Shown piece after piece: positions 1-9,804 of a stretch of DNA of 42,421 nt (its first letter is position 1; each line of letters starts with the position of its first letter). Origin of the DNA: Halodesulfurarchaeum sp. (GTDB lineage: Archaea; Halobacteriota; Halobacteria; Halobacteriales; Halobacteriaceae); assembly GCA_042216905.1 (NCBI GenBank), contig JBDGTL010000026.1:45315-87735 (forward strand). Reading direction: 5' to 3'. The notes below the pieces were generated by a model. It ran no database searches, was not told the DNA's origin, and worked only from the letters and a program-made list of their open reading frames with translations. The position numbers and the translations under genes were made by a program.

Positions 1-6
1 ACGGCG

Positions 7-102
7 CTGGATTCAGTGTTTGAAGAGACGACGCCAATCTGGATTCAGTGTTTGAGGAGACGATGCCAATCTGGATTCAGTGTTTGAAGAGACGACGCCA
101 AT
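7..102. repeat. Tandem repeat, 3 x 32 bp (CTGGATTCAGTGTTTGAAGAGACGACGCCAAT)
   Basis: Copies at 7-38, 39-70, 71-102 abut directly; copy 2 has 2 substitutions; no spacers. Confidence 0.95.
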
Positions 103-160
103 ATTGTGGATCGAAACCCGGACAGGTATCGTCTCCGCCGTTTTTACGAATGGGAACCGT

Positions 161-1381
161 CTACGCAAACATCGTACCGGGATCGGCGAGGTGCTCGCGA
201 GCGACGTCTTCGTCGAGTTCGATTCCGAGTCCCGGTTTCTCGGGGACCTCGATCGAACCCTCGTCGATGAGTGGTTCGGAGCGGTCGTGGAGGTCGTCCC
301 ACCAGTCCACCGAGAGAGAATGGTACTCGAGGACGTCGAAATTCGGTACGCTCGCGCCCAGGTGGACACAGGCCATCGTCCCGATAGGGCCACAGACGTT
401 GTGTGGTGAGAACGTGATGTAGTTTTCCTCGGCCCGATTGGCGATAGCTTTCGATTCCGCGAGTCCGCCCGCGGTCGTCGGATCCGGTGTTATGACGTCG
501 ACGCCGAAGTCATAGAGGAGGTCCGAGAATTCGTGAACCCGGAATCGATTCTCACCGGTCGCAAGCGGCGTGCTGGTCGACCGCGCGACTTCCCGCTGCG
601 CAGAGACGTTCTCCGGCGGGACGATGTCCTCGAGCCAGAGAAGGTCGTACGGTTCGAGTTCACGTGCGAGTCGCTTCGCACTATCTAATGAGTAATCCCA
701 GTGGACGTCGAAGGCGAGATCTACATCGGGGCCTACTTCCTCGCGGACGGCGTCAACGATTTCGACCTTTCGGTGCATGACCTCGTTCGGAACCCGGCCG
801 TTGTACGGGTCGTTCCGGTTGTCCGCCGGCATGTCCAGGTCGAATTTCAACGCAGAGAAGCCGAGGTCGACTACGTTCCTGGCCGTCTCGGCGTAGGCAG
901 ACGGTTCGTACGCGTCCGATTCGGCGGGTGCGTGGTATCCGTCCTCGAGTTCGTACGCGGCCCCGGCGTGACAGTCAGCGTAGATCCGAACCGAATCGCG
1001 ATACTTTCCGCCGAGGAGTTGGTACACCGGGACCCCGAGCACCTTTCCCGCAAGGTCCCAGAGCGCGATTTCGATCCCCGATGCAGCTGTGACGACTTTC
1101 CCGGTCGTCCCACCGTGACCCGATGTCTCCTGTACCATCCGGCGGAAGAGTCGCTCCACGTCGAGGGGGTTCTCCCCGATGAGGAACCGCTTCATGTACT
1201 CCATGATGTCGGTTACCGCACCGCCACGATACGATTCCCCGATTCCCACGACGCCCGCATCCGTGTGAACTCGGACCAGATTCCACTCGAAGTTTCCCGC
1301 AATGACCGCGGTCTCGATGTCCGTGATTTCCACGTCCCGTTCCGGAGCGCGGTGGGTCGCGTGATTCGAGAAGTCCCTCAT
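161..1381 (-). CDS. Mandelate racemase/muconate lactonizing (enolase superfamily) enzyme, sugar-acid (gluconate/xylonate-type) dehydratase-like
   Basis: SGIEIALWDLAGK..GVPVYQLLGG, KFD, metal ligands FDVHW/WLED/TGEN, PHN, PGLGIELDE. Start placed at ATG 1381 (MRDFSNH) after a GGAG. Confidence 0.88.
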   Translation of the reverse strand: MRDFSNHATHRAPERDVEITDIETAVIAGNFEWNLVRVHTDAGVVGIGESYRGGAVTDIMEYMKRFLIGENPLDVERLFRRMVQETSGHGGTTGKVVTAASGIEIALWDLAGKVLGVPVYQLLGGKYRDSVRIYADCHAGAAYELEDGYHAPAESDAYEPSAYAETARNVVDLGFSALKFDLDMPADNRNDPYNGRVPNEVMHRKVEIVDAVREEVGPDVDLAFDVHWDYSLDSAKRLARELEPYDLLWLEDIVPPENVSAQREVARSTSTPLATGENRFRVHEFSDLLYDFGVDVITPDPTTAGGLAESKAIANRAEENYITFSPHNVCGPIGTMACVHLGASVPNFDVLEYHSLSVDWWDDLHDRSEPLIDEGSIEVPEKPGLGIELDEDVAREHLADPGTMFA

Positions 1382-1893
1382 CGGTCTCCATCTCCCCAGG
1401 TGATCGGTTCGGGATTCTTCCTGTTGGCATACGTCCGTCCGGAATGGAGTGCCATACTGCCCGTTGCCACCCGGACCGTCCATAGGTCTATCGCCGAGGA
1501 ACCCTGTCCTCGATCAGACATTTCACCCGGTCCAGGACGTGTAATCCGATGTGGGCACCAGTGGACGACGACTGGTACATAGATGGGCAAACCGATCGGA
1601 CACCTGAATTCTCAGCACAATCCCCCGCGAATTGTGTCGGATTCGACGACTGGCCCGGTGTCCGACTAAATATTGACCGAACAATCGGTCTAAAAGGACA
1701 CTGGAGTCCGACGCTCCTCCGCGAATATTTCAAACACAGCCGTGAAATGGTTTCGTGAGAACGTCAATGAAATTCACTTTTCTTCGCGAAAATCCGATTA
1801 CCGTGTAATTTTATTGGTGATATCTAGAATATTTTTGCTAATGTAGTGTCCCACACTTCCAGTTCCGCTTCGTTGCACCAGTCGAGGGGAACG

Positions 1894-1916
1894 TTTATAT
1901 TTACCGAACGTTCAGT
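1894..1916 (+). promoter_or_regulatory. TATA box (TTTATA) followed by near-perfect palindrome ACCGAACGTTCAGT, putative repressor operator
   Basis: TTTATA at 1894-1899; 14-bp inverted repeat at 1903-1916 with one mismatched pair, upstream of the MMPL gene. Confidence 0.55.
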
Positions 1917-1930
1917 TAAGAACTGTCTGG

Positions 1931-2030
1931 ATGGTATTCGACAACATGGGGTCGGGCACACCGGTATTTCATACATCGGGATCAGTCACGACGATATTCG
2001 ACCAATCGGGATCAGTCTCTATAGTATTCA
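1931..2030. repeat. Degenerate 30-bp tandem repeat (about 3.3 copies)
   Basis: Units at 1931, 1961, 1991 share RTATT...GGG(A/G)TC(A/G)G in exact 30-bp phase; a partial copy starts at 2021. Confidence 0.7.
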
Positions 2031-2189
2031 AAACGGTCGACACCCAGCGAAAACCGAGACGGTTCTTCGGGACCAATCCGCCCATGGCCCCTCATATTGC
2101 CTGGCACACGGGTGATTCTGGAAACCACCCTGATCCGGGACGGAGAAGCGATTCGCCGGGTGGAGCGCGCACCACATCGAGGTCGTGAC

Positions 2190-4652
2190 ATGGTCGATAC
2201 ACATCCCGGACGCCATCTCCGAGACGCGATCCGACATCATCCCGGTATCATCGTGGTGGTGTTCCTTCTCCTCACTGGCGGGTTCGCCACCGGACTCTCC
2301 CGAATCCAGATGTCTTCCGGAATGGAACAGTTCTCGGAGGACGTCGAGGCCTACCGAATCGACGAGGAGGTCGATACCACGTTCCGGGCGCCGTTCGAGC
2401 CCCCACCCGATGGAGGCCTGTTGATCCACACGCACCAGAATGCCCTCTCGAAGGACGCCTTACTCGCCATGATTCGGGTACAGGATCGAATCCAGGGACA
2501 CACCGGCCTCCGGGTGACCTCGACGAGGAGCCCCGCCGAGATGATCGCCCGCGAACTCGATCCCTCGGCGGTGACCCTCCAGGAACAACAGCAGGTACTG
2601 GAGCAGGCCACGCCGACGCAAATCGATATGGCGATCAGAAAGGTATCCCGGGACCCATCATTCACCGATCTGGTGAGCGAGAACTTCAATTCCCAGACAG
2701 GGGAAGCGTCTGCAACCCTCACCGTGCTTCGATACGATGTGAATGGTGGAGACCGACAACTCTCCAGATTGCAACGACGGACGCGACGTCTCGTCGACGT
2801 GGAGGTCGGATCGATCCGCGTCTTTGGACAGGGAATTACCGATTACGAGAACCGGATGGTCCTGCGGGATTCTCTCGAAGCGGCGATTCCGGCGGTGATC
2901 CTGCTTCTCCTGGTATTCCTTGCCATCGCGTATCGGGACCCGTTCGATCTGTTTCTCGGCGTCGTCTCGCTCGGAATGGCGCTCGTCTGGACGTTCGGGA
3001 CGCTCGGCCTCCTCGGTATTCCATTCTCCCAGCTCCAGGTCGCCCTGCCGCCGCTCCTCCTGGCGATCGGGGTCGATTTCGGGATCCACACGATCAACCG
3101 ATACAAGGAGGAGTTTGACGGTGACGTCGGCCCCGCAATGGACCGCACGCTCTCCTCGCTCCAGTTCGCGTTTTTCATGGCCGCGGCCACGACCGTTATC
3201 GGCTTTTCCGCGAACATGGCGAGTGGACTCTCGCCTATCGCCGACTTCGGAATCGCGGCGGCCGTCGGGATCGCAGCCGTATCACTCATTTTCTCGATAT
3301 TTCTCCCTGCCGGCAAGGTACTCCTGGAACGATTCCGGCACCGGAGCGGATTCGAGTGGGGAAACAGCGATCCGCTTGGCGCCGGCGACTCACCGCTCGG
3401 GCGCCTGCTCACCGTCCAGTTTTCGCTCACGAGTCGCCTCCCGCTCGTGCTCATCGTTGGATTACTCGTTACCGGCGGGGCGCTTGGCTACTACGGGAGC
3501 GACGTCGGGAGTTCGTTCGAGCAATCGGACATGCTTCCCCCTGAGGATCCGCCGGACTACCTGGAGTCCCTTCCCGGCAGGATGCAACCCGGGACGTACA
3601 CGACCACAGAGAGTCTCCATTACCTGGAGAATCACTTCGAGACGACCCCGGACGACACCGTCACGATATACGCAACCGGACCATTAGCAGCCGATACCAC
3701 CCTCGAATCGATCCATCGCGCGGGCAAGGACCCACCCGACCCGTTCCTCACCGGCAGCGGTAATCACGCCCGGTCCACGAGTATCATCGACGTCATTAAT
3801 ACCTACTCGAGGCACTCCCGCTCATTTGCGAGACTCGTCGCGAGAAACGACCGAAACGGAAACGGAATTCCCGACGACAATCTAAAACGGGTATACGACG
3901 CCCTCTTCGACTCCAGGTTCGGGGGCCGGGCCAGACGATACCTCACGTCAGATTATCGAGAGGCCCGGATCGTCTACGCGGTCGAAAGCGACGCGAGTGG
4001 GAGTGCAGTCACCGCCGGTGCCTCCGAAATCGCGAGGGACTATCGCGTGAACGCCATTCCGACAGGTGACGTCGTCGTGTTTCAGCGTGTGGCGGACGAG
4101 GTGTTCGAATCGGCCATTTCGAGTCTCTACCTCGCACTCGGTCTGGCAGTCTCTTTTCTCGTCGGCGTATACTTCCTTCTCGAACGTCGGGCGATGCTCG
4201 GTCTCCTCACCATCCTTCCGATAATGCTCACCATCACGTTCCTCCTCGCCACGATGCGGTATCTCTCGATCCCGTTCAATACCCTCACTGCCACGATACT
4301 CTCCGTTACTGTTGGGGTCGGGGTGGATTACTCGATTCACGTCGTACACCGGTTCGTCGAAGCGTACGATGTACACGGCGACTCGAAGAAAGCAGCCCGG
4401 GTTACCCTCCGGGGAACCGGCGGTGCCCTGTTCGGGACCACCGTTACGACGGCGAGTGCCGGCGTCGTTCTCAACCTGCTCTCCCTCACGCCGATACTGG
4501 TCCAGTTCGGCCTGCTTATCGCACTCAGCGTGACCTACTCGTTCCTGACCTCGGTCGTAGCACTCCCGATCCTCCTCCACCTCTGGACAGGCTGGGAGTC
4601 TATTGACCGTGAGGCGGTACTCCCGTTCGACGTTTCGGTCTACTCGGATTGA
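2190..4652 (+). CDS. MMPL/RND family transporter
   Basis: Two repeats of TM + large extracellular loop + 5 TM; AIGVDFGIH and GVGVDYSIH motifs; ATG 2190 chosen. Confidence 0.9.
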   Translation: MVDTHPGRHLRDAIRHHPGIIVVVFLLLTGGFATGLSRIQMSSGMEQFSEDVEAYRIDEEVDTTFRAPFEPPPDGGLLIHTHQNALSKDALLAMIRVQDRIQGHTGLRVTSTRSPAEMIARELDPSAVTLQEQQQVLEQATPTQIDMAIRKVSRDPSFTDLVSENFNSQTGEASATLTVLRYDVNGGDRQLSRLQRRTRRLVDVEVGSIRVFGQGITDYENRMVLRDSLEAAIPAVILLLLVFLAIAYRDPFDLFLGVVSLGMALVWTFGTLGLLGIPFSQLQVALPPLLLAIGVDFGIHTINRYKEEFDGDVGPAMDRTLSSLQFAFFMAAATTVIGFSANMASGLSPIADFGIAAAVGIAAVSLIFSIFLPAGKVLLERFRHRSGFEWGNSDPLGAGDSPLGRLLTVQFSLTSRLPLVLIVGLLVTGGALGYYGSDVGSSFEQSDMLPPEDPPDYLESLPGRMQPGTYTTTESLHYLENHFETTPDDTVTIYATGPLAADTTLESIHRAGKDPPDPFLTGSGNHARSTSIIDVINTYSRHSRSFARLVARNDRNGNGIPDDNLKRVYDALFDSRFGGRARRYLTSDYREARIVYAVESDASGSAVTAGASEIARDYRVNAIPTGDVVVFQRVADEVFESAISSLYLALGLAVSFLVGVYFLLERRAMLGLLTILPIMLTITFLLATMRYLSIPFNTLTATILSVTVGVGVDYSIHVVHRFVEAYDVHGDSKKAARVTLRGTGGALFGTTVTTASAGVVLNLLSLTPILVQFGLLIALSVTYSFLTSVVALPILLHLWTGWESIDREAVLPFDVSVYSD

Positions 4653-4779
4653 CCGATCGACTGGGCACGGGAGACATCCCGCGAACGGTGTTCCGATCTG
4701 CATCCGAAATCCCGATTGAACACCACAATTTGACCATGATCCAAGTATCTATACGGACAGTATCCGATTATTCGTAAAA

Positions 4780-5076
4780 TTGTTCAACAACGTATCAATT
4801 ATTGAGTGAATCTGATAGATTGATAAATAGAGTACAATATCGACAATCAATATAAGACCAATATAAGGATTTAAAAAAAGAATAATATTATAATTTAATA
4901 GATATAATTGAATTACAAAAATAATTATTATAATAATAATGACAACATAGTATTAACGTTCTATGATTTATCTAATACATACATCCGATTCGTTAATAGC
5001 AATAATTAGTTTAACATCTATAATTAATCAAGATAGCAATACGATATGATAAAATAAATTGTACTATCTATCAATA
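4780..5076. other. Extremely AT-rich non-coding island
   Basis: Hand count about 20% GC over 4801-5070; no ORF in the track; lies between convergent genes. Confidence 0.85.
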
Positions 5077-5610
5077 TCAGTCCGCAATACGCTCTTGATG
5101 CGCTTTGACGAAGGCCCGCCGGAGGACGGTCAAGAGGACGTAGGTTTCGTACTTTTGCGTCCTGCAGTGTTCGCAGGGTTGCATTTGGCCTGTAATCTGG
5201 GCGATATCGTCGTCGAATTCTGAGTGGAGTGTATCGAGGGCCGCATCGACGTGTGGTCGAATTCGTTCGATCATCTCCTGGACGGTCGCATCGGCCGAGT
5301 CTGGTAACGAGTAGGAGAGCACGGTCGTATTTGCCGCGTAATACTTCGTCGTTCCACCCCGGCCCTCCTCGAAGCGAACGACGTCGACGAGTCCGGCATC
5401 ACGCAACTCGTTTATGTGATGGCGAACGGTGTTCTCCGTTCGGTTTACGCCACGGTCACCGAGGCGTTCGTGGACATCACTCGCGGTCAATGCTTCCCCC
5501 GTGAGGATGTCGAGGATCATCGCTCGCATCGGTTCGTCGATGGCGTCAGAGACCCGAGTATCCCTGACGGCGATGTCCTCGAGCGGCGGACCGGTGTCGG
5601 AAGCGTTCAT
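5077..5610 (-). CDS. ArsR-like winged-helix transcriptional regulator with C-terminal CxxC
   Basis: EPMRAMILDIL...TVRHHINELRDAGLV...KYY; PCEHC motif; ATG 5610. Confidence 0.85.
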   Translation of the reverse strand: MNASDTGPPLEDIAVRDTRVSDAIDEPMRAMILDILTGEALTASDVHERLGDRGVNRTENTVRHHINELRDAGLVDVVRFEEGRGGTTKYYAANTTVLSYSLPDSADATVQEMIERIRPHVDAALDTLHSEFDDDIAQITGQMQPCEHCRTQKYETYVLLTVLRRAFVKAHQERIAD

Positions 5611-5914
5611 ACGCACAATCAGCGATAACGACGGGAAAAGGTATTGCTCCGGGCGAGCCCAGTGCAGGCCCGTCCACCCATCGACCCCTGACCCTGGCCT
5701 CGTCGACGACCCTTCTGGCACCGGTTTCGACGGTCCGTTCGGTCGGCGAACGCTCACCCGGATGCCGCTCGTATCGTCCCGTCGACCCAGGACCTGAATG
5801 GGTCCGATGAGCCGACGAACGATGTCTGGCACCCAATACCGGTAGCAACGGCCCACTCCAGGTCACCCGTATTGGATACCTCTCTAACGAAATTCACTGT
5901 TACAGATCACCAGT

Positions 5915-6083
5915 CCACCAGTCGAGTAGGACCGGTCCACCACGCGATACTACCAGTTCACCAAGCGATACCTGCCAACCACCAGGCGGTAATCGGCATT
6001 TCACCAGGCGATACCTACCAGGTCACTAGGCGATACCTACCAGGTCACCAGGTGGTAATCGCCAGTTCACCAGCGGGTGATCC
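5915..6083. repeat. Degenerate 21-22 bp tandem array (about 8 units, consensus near TCACCAGGCGATACCTACCAGG)
   Basis: YCACCA (one TCACTA variant) recurs at 21-22 bp spacing; near-identical units at 6001 and 6023. Confidence 0.8.
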
Positions 6084-6099
6084 ATGCGTGTTCGACGGG

Positions 6100-6111
6100 C
6101 GAATATGTTCC
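6100..6111 (+). promoter_or_regulatory. CGAATATGTTCC, candidate haloarchaeal denitrification/anaerobic regulatory motif
   Basis: Semi-palindrome CGAA-N4-TTC about 45-55 bp upstream of the qNor ATG; resembles the CGAAYATDKTYG motif recalled for haloarchaeal denitrification promoters. Confidence 0.45.
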
Positions 6112-6153
6112 CGTAAAAGTCCACCTTCATTCGTATATTCATATATATTTGTA

Positions 6154-8457
6154 ATGAGAATCGAGCGATCGACGCTGGCGAAGGTACTGGCTCTCATCTT
6201 TGTCGTCAATCTGATCGTGATGGGTGCCGGTGCCGCAGCGACATATCAGGCGGCACCGGATGTTCCGAAGAAAATCGTCGGGCCCGAGGGGCAGACGATC
6301 GTCACCGACGAGGACATCACGGCGGGAAAGATCGCCTACCAGTCCAATGGCCTGATGGATTACGGGACGATCCTGGGAGAGGGGTCGTATTTCGGTACCG
6401 CGTTTACGGCAGATACCCTGGACCTGAAAGTCAGGTACATGCGAGAGTACTACGCCCACCAGGCCGGGGCGGCCTCCTTCAGTGCCCTGCCCGAGGGAAA
6501 ACAGGAGGCAATCGCCCAGCGAGTGAAAGAGGAACTCGCCTCGCAGCGGGCTGATTCCGAGGTCATCCACTACTCCGCCGCGGCCGTCTACGCCCACAGA
6601 CACATCCGGGAAGAGTACGTGGAACGCTATCACCAGGGAGCGCTACCCGGGGTCGTCCGGAACAGTATCGAGTCGGCCGCCGGGGCGAGGCGTTTCGCAG
6701 ATTTCGCCCTCTGGACCGCCTGGATTTCGCACACCGACCGTCCCGGGGGAACCACCAGTTACACGAACGAGTGGCCCTACGCACCCGCGGCTGGCAACAC
6801 GCTTCCCGACAGCGCCTTCATCTGGACTGTTTTCGCGTTCCTCGTTCTGATCATTGGAGTCGGGGCGATCGTCGCGCTCTTCTACTTCATCGAGTTGCCC
6901 AGGCCGAAAACAGACGGGTTCGACCTTCCCGACCCGGACGCGTATAGACTTCTCCCATCCCAGGTGACAACCGGGGGGTACGTGCTGTTCGGCGGCGTGT
7001 TGTTCGTCCTCCAGACGCTTCTCGGTGGGGTACTGGCCCACTATTACGTCGAGCGGACCGGATTCTACGGACTGGGGGACCTCCTTGGAGTAAACCTCCT
7101 TACCTGGATCCCCTGGAACATCGTCCGGGCTTGGCACCTGGAACTCGCGATCGTCTGGGTGGCCACGCTGTGGATCGGTGCCGGGATTTTCTTTGCCGGA
7201 TTGCTCACCGATAGGGAACCGAGCTACCAGAGAACACTCACACGCCTCCTGCTTGCGGCCCTCGCCGTCGTCGGCGTCGGGGCCCTCGCTGGAATCTGGC
7301 TCGGGACGACCGGCGTGATCGACGGAAGCCTCTGGTGGATTCTCGGCAACGAAGGGCTCGAGTACCTGGAAATGGGTCGGCTCTGGCAGGTCGGCGTCCT
7401 AATCGGATTCGTCCTCTGGGTACTGATCATGTATCGGGCACTTCGTCCGCTCGTTCAACAGGAGGAACCCTACGGTCTGGCACACATGCTCCTGCTTGCT
7501 GCGGCAAGCGTCCCGGCACTGTTCCTCGCGGGATTCGCGTTCACACCGTCCACGAATTACGTCGTCACGCAGTTCTGGCGATGGTGGGTGGTTCACATGT
7601 GGGTCGAGGGCGTTTTCGAGTTCTTCATCGTTGCTGCGGTGGCAACGATGCTTGTCAGCACGAACCTCCTGCGGAAACGGTCCGCCGAGAAGGCCATTCT
7701 CCTGGAAGTGGGCCTGGTACTCGGGACCGGGATAATCGGCGTTGCCCATCACTACTGGTGGATCGCGCTTCCGGAGTACTGGATCCCGATCAGTTCCGTC
7801 TGGTCGACGCTCGAGTTGACCCCACTCCTCCTGATCCTGTACGAAGCCTTCGGGGAGTACCGATCGCTTTCGGCGGCAGGCGGTTCGATTCCCTATCGAC
7901 TCCCGTTGCTCTTCGTCATCGCTGGCGCAATCTGGAATTTCCTCGGCGCCGGCGTCCTCGGGACGATTATCAATTTCCCCGTCGTCGGGTACTTCGAACA
8001 CGGGACGTTCCTCACGGTCGCCCACGCTCACGCCTCGTTCTTCGGAGCGTTCGGGTTGTTCGCACTCGGACTCGGTACGTTCGTTCTCCGATTCCTCACG
8101 CCGCAGGAGGCGTGGTCGACGGTGGAACGCTACCTCCGGGGCTCGTTCTGGACGATGAACGTCGGGCTGGCGTTGATGCTCGTGTTCTCACTCATTCCCA
8201 TCGGCTTCCTGCAGTTGGGTGCCGTCCTCGAGCACAACTACGACTGGGCCAGAAGCCTCGCGTTCTACGGGCAACAACAGATACAATGGCTCTTCTGGGC
8301 CCGGATGCCGGGTGACCTGCTCGTCATCATCGGGGCGTCGTTGTTCACGATCGCGGGATTCATCGCACTTCGTGAAAGAGTGATGGCCCCATCGACCGCC
8401 CCATCGCCAGAACGGGCACCTATCGCCGACCGTGTCCTGTCCCGGAGCGAGGAATAG
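6154..8457 (+). CDS. norZ: Quinol-dependent nitric oxide reductase (qNor, single subunit)
   Basis: YGTILGEGSYFG, SYTNEWPY, RAWHLE, GLEYLEMGRLWQ, FWRWWVVHMWVEGVFE, GVAHHYWW, HAHASFFG, RMPGD; ATG 6154. Confidence 0.93.
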   Translation: MRIERSTLAKVLALIFVVNLIVMGAGAAATYQAAPDVPKKIVGPEGQTIVTDEDITAGKIAYQSNGLMDYGTILGEGSYFGTAFTADTLDLKVRYMREYYAHQAGAASFSALPEGKQEAIAQRVKEELASQRADSEVIHYSAAAVYAHRHIREEYVERYHQGALPGVVRNSIESAAGARRFADFALWTAWISHTDRPGGTTSYTNEWPYAPAAGNTLPDSAFIWTVFAFLVLIIGVGAIVALFYFIELPRPKTDGFDLPDPDAYRLLPSQVTTGGYVLFGGVLFVLQTLLGGVLAHYYVERTGFYGLGDLLGVNLLTWIPWNIVRAWHLELAIVWVATLWIGAGIFFAGLLTDREPSYQRTLTRLLLAALAVVGVGALAGIWLGTTGVIDGSLWWILGNEGLEYLEMGRLWQVGVLIGFVLWVLIMYRALRPLVQQEEPYGLAHMLLLAAASVPALFLAGFAFTPSTNYVVTQFWRWWVVHMWVEGVFEFFIVAAVATMLVSTNLLRKRSAEKAILLEVGLVLGTGIIGVAHHYWWIALPEYWIPISSVWSTLELTPLLLILYEAFGEYRSLSAAGGSIPYRLPLLFVIAGAIWNFLGAGVLGTIINFPVVGYFEHGTFLTVAHAHASFFGAFGLFALGLGTFVLRFLTPQEAWSTVERYLRGSFWTMNVGLALMLVFSLIPIGFLQLGAVLEHNYDWARSLAFYGQQQIQWLFWARMPGDLLVIIGASLFTIAGFIALRERVMAPSTAPSPERAPIADRVLSRSEE

Positions 8458-8598
8458 GACGCTCGCTCAGTCCCCCTGTCGAAATCGCGTTTTATATCCG
8501 GAGTCACCACACCGAGAAACGAGATCCGATAATCATCGTCGGTTCCGGCATTCTTCGGGAAGCAATTTGGGAGGGTGGGCTCCGACGCTCAAAGAGAA

Positions 8599-8671
8599 TA
8601 GTCCCGGGCGGATTCGAACCGCCGTCAGCGGCTCCAAAGGCCGCTATGATTGGCCACTACACCACGGGACT
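8599..8671 (-). tRNA. tRNA-Gln (anticodon TTG)
   Basis: Minus strand AGTCCCG TGGTGTAGTGGCCAATCAT A GCGGC CT TTG GA GCCGC TGAC GGCGG TTCGAAT CCGCC CGGGACT A; full cloverleaf, CCA not encoded. Confidence 0.96.
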
Positions 8672-8720
8672 CCGTCGGCCACTTCACTGCAATCGAATAT
8701 AGGTGCTACGATACGGGTAC

Positions 8721-9158
8721 TCAGTCTTCCTGTCGCACGTGCTGTGGGATGTCCAGATACACGCAGGAATCGACCGAGTGATCGAAGCAATCCGGACAAT
8801 CCGGTTCCCGGTCGATAATCATGTCCAGACGTTCCGCGACCGTCTCGTCGATCACGGGTTCGAGTTGTCGTGCCTCCGTGCGAAATTCCTCGACGCCGAG
8901 AACGTTCCGAAGGAATCGTTCGAGAATACAATACGTCTGGAGTGCGTCACGGCCGCGAACGAGTCCTTCGTCCGTGAGCGAGACGCCTTTGTACTTCTCG
9001 TGTTCGACCAGATCACGGTCCTCGAGTTTGCCGATCATCTCGTTCGCGCTCGCGGGACTGACGCCGAGCATTTCAGCGAGGGCACCGGTCGAGGCCCGAC
9101 CACCCTCTTCCTCCTGCACGACGTAGATAGCCTTGAGATACTGGTCTGCTGTGTTCAT
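8721..9158 (-). CDS. troR: DtxR/MntR-family metal-dependent transcriptional regulator (TroR-like)
   Basis: DQYLKAIY, VSPASANEMIGKL, YKGVSLTDEG, LERFL, EARQLEP; last gene of the suf operon as in other haloarchaea. Symbol rests on synteny. Confidence 0.85.
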   Translation of the reverse strand: MNTADQYLKAIYVVQEEEGGRASTGALAEMLGVSPASANEMIGKLEDRDLVEHEKYKGVSLTDEGLVRGRDALQTYCILERFLRNVLGVEEFRTEARQLEPVIDETVAERLDMIIDREPDCPDCFDHSVDSCVYLDIPQHVRQED

Positions 9159-9646
9159 GCTCGATCCTCCATCAGGTCAGCGATTCGGCCCACCCCGGCC
9201 GCCTCCTCCTCGCGAATGCTCCGAAGCACCGAAAGAACTCGGTCCCGTTCGATCCGGAACTCTTCCTCGGACTCTTCGATCGCACCGATGAGATCGTCGT
9301 AGTACTTATAGGACGTTTCCTCTCCGTGGAGTTGATCGTAGAGGATACCGTCGAAATCCTCCGGGCGGGTCTGTGCGTACTGATCACTGACGAGTTCCTC
9401 GATTTCCTCGAAGGAGACACTCGGCGCGTCGAGTTCATCGATGAGTGTTTCGAGGCGTTTTCTGTGATCGGCGGACTGCTTTCTGACCGACTCGAGGAAG
9501 CCCTCGATTCTCGAATCGCGCTCGGACCGCGGCAATCGCTGGTAGTGTTCGTAGGCTCGGGCCTCGACCACTTCCTCGAGGACGACCCCAATCTGGAGTA
9601 ACCGGGCGAGTTGGTGATTGGATTCGACCCGTGGCGTCGTTTTCAC
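9155..9646 (-). CDS. Ferritin-like/rubrerythrin-like domain protein
   Basis: QLARLLQIGVVLEEVVE, ADHRKRL, DQLHGEETSYKYY, IREEE; overlaps the regulator start by 4 bp; GTG start. Confidence 0.82.
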   Translation of the reverse strand: MKTTPRVESNHQLARLLQIGVVLEEVVEARAYEHYQRLPRSERDSRIEGFLESVRKQSADHRKRLETLIDELDAPSVSFEEIEELVSDQYAQTRPEDFDGILYDQLHGEETSYKYYDDLIGAIEESEEEFRIERDRVLSVLRSIREEEAAGVGRIADLMEDRA

Positions 9647-9804
9647 GGGAAAAACCCCCCGGGTTCGGCGCTTCGAACGGGATCCGTCATGCCAATCGGT
9701 GAGTCCCGGGCGCCCTTAAGCCGTTCTCTCCCGGTATGATACAGGACCGACGTGAAGCAATGGTCGACTACTAACTGTATTTCCGCACTGACTCCTGACG
9801 GGGC

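Noticed and set aside
7-102. CRISPR array (32-bp repeats; likewise the 30- and 28-bp arrays)
   Set aside because: Copies abut with no unique spacers, and no cas genes are in the window.
5872-6153. N-terminal extension of qNor
   Set aside because: It is read-through of the 22-bp repeat array; homology starts at ATG 6154.
1-8671. Genomic island integrated at tRNA-Gln
   Set aside because: No integrase, no duplicate of the tRNA 3' end seen, and genes have host-like composition.
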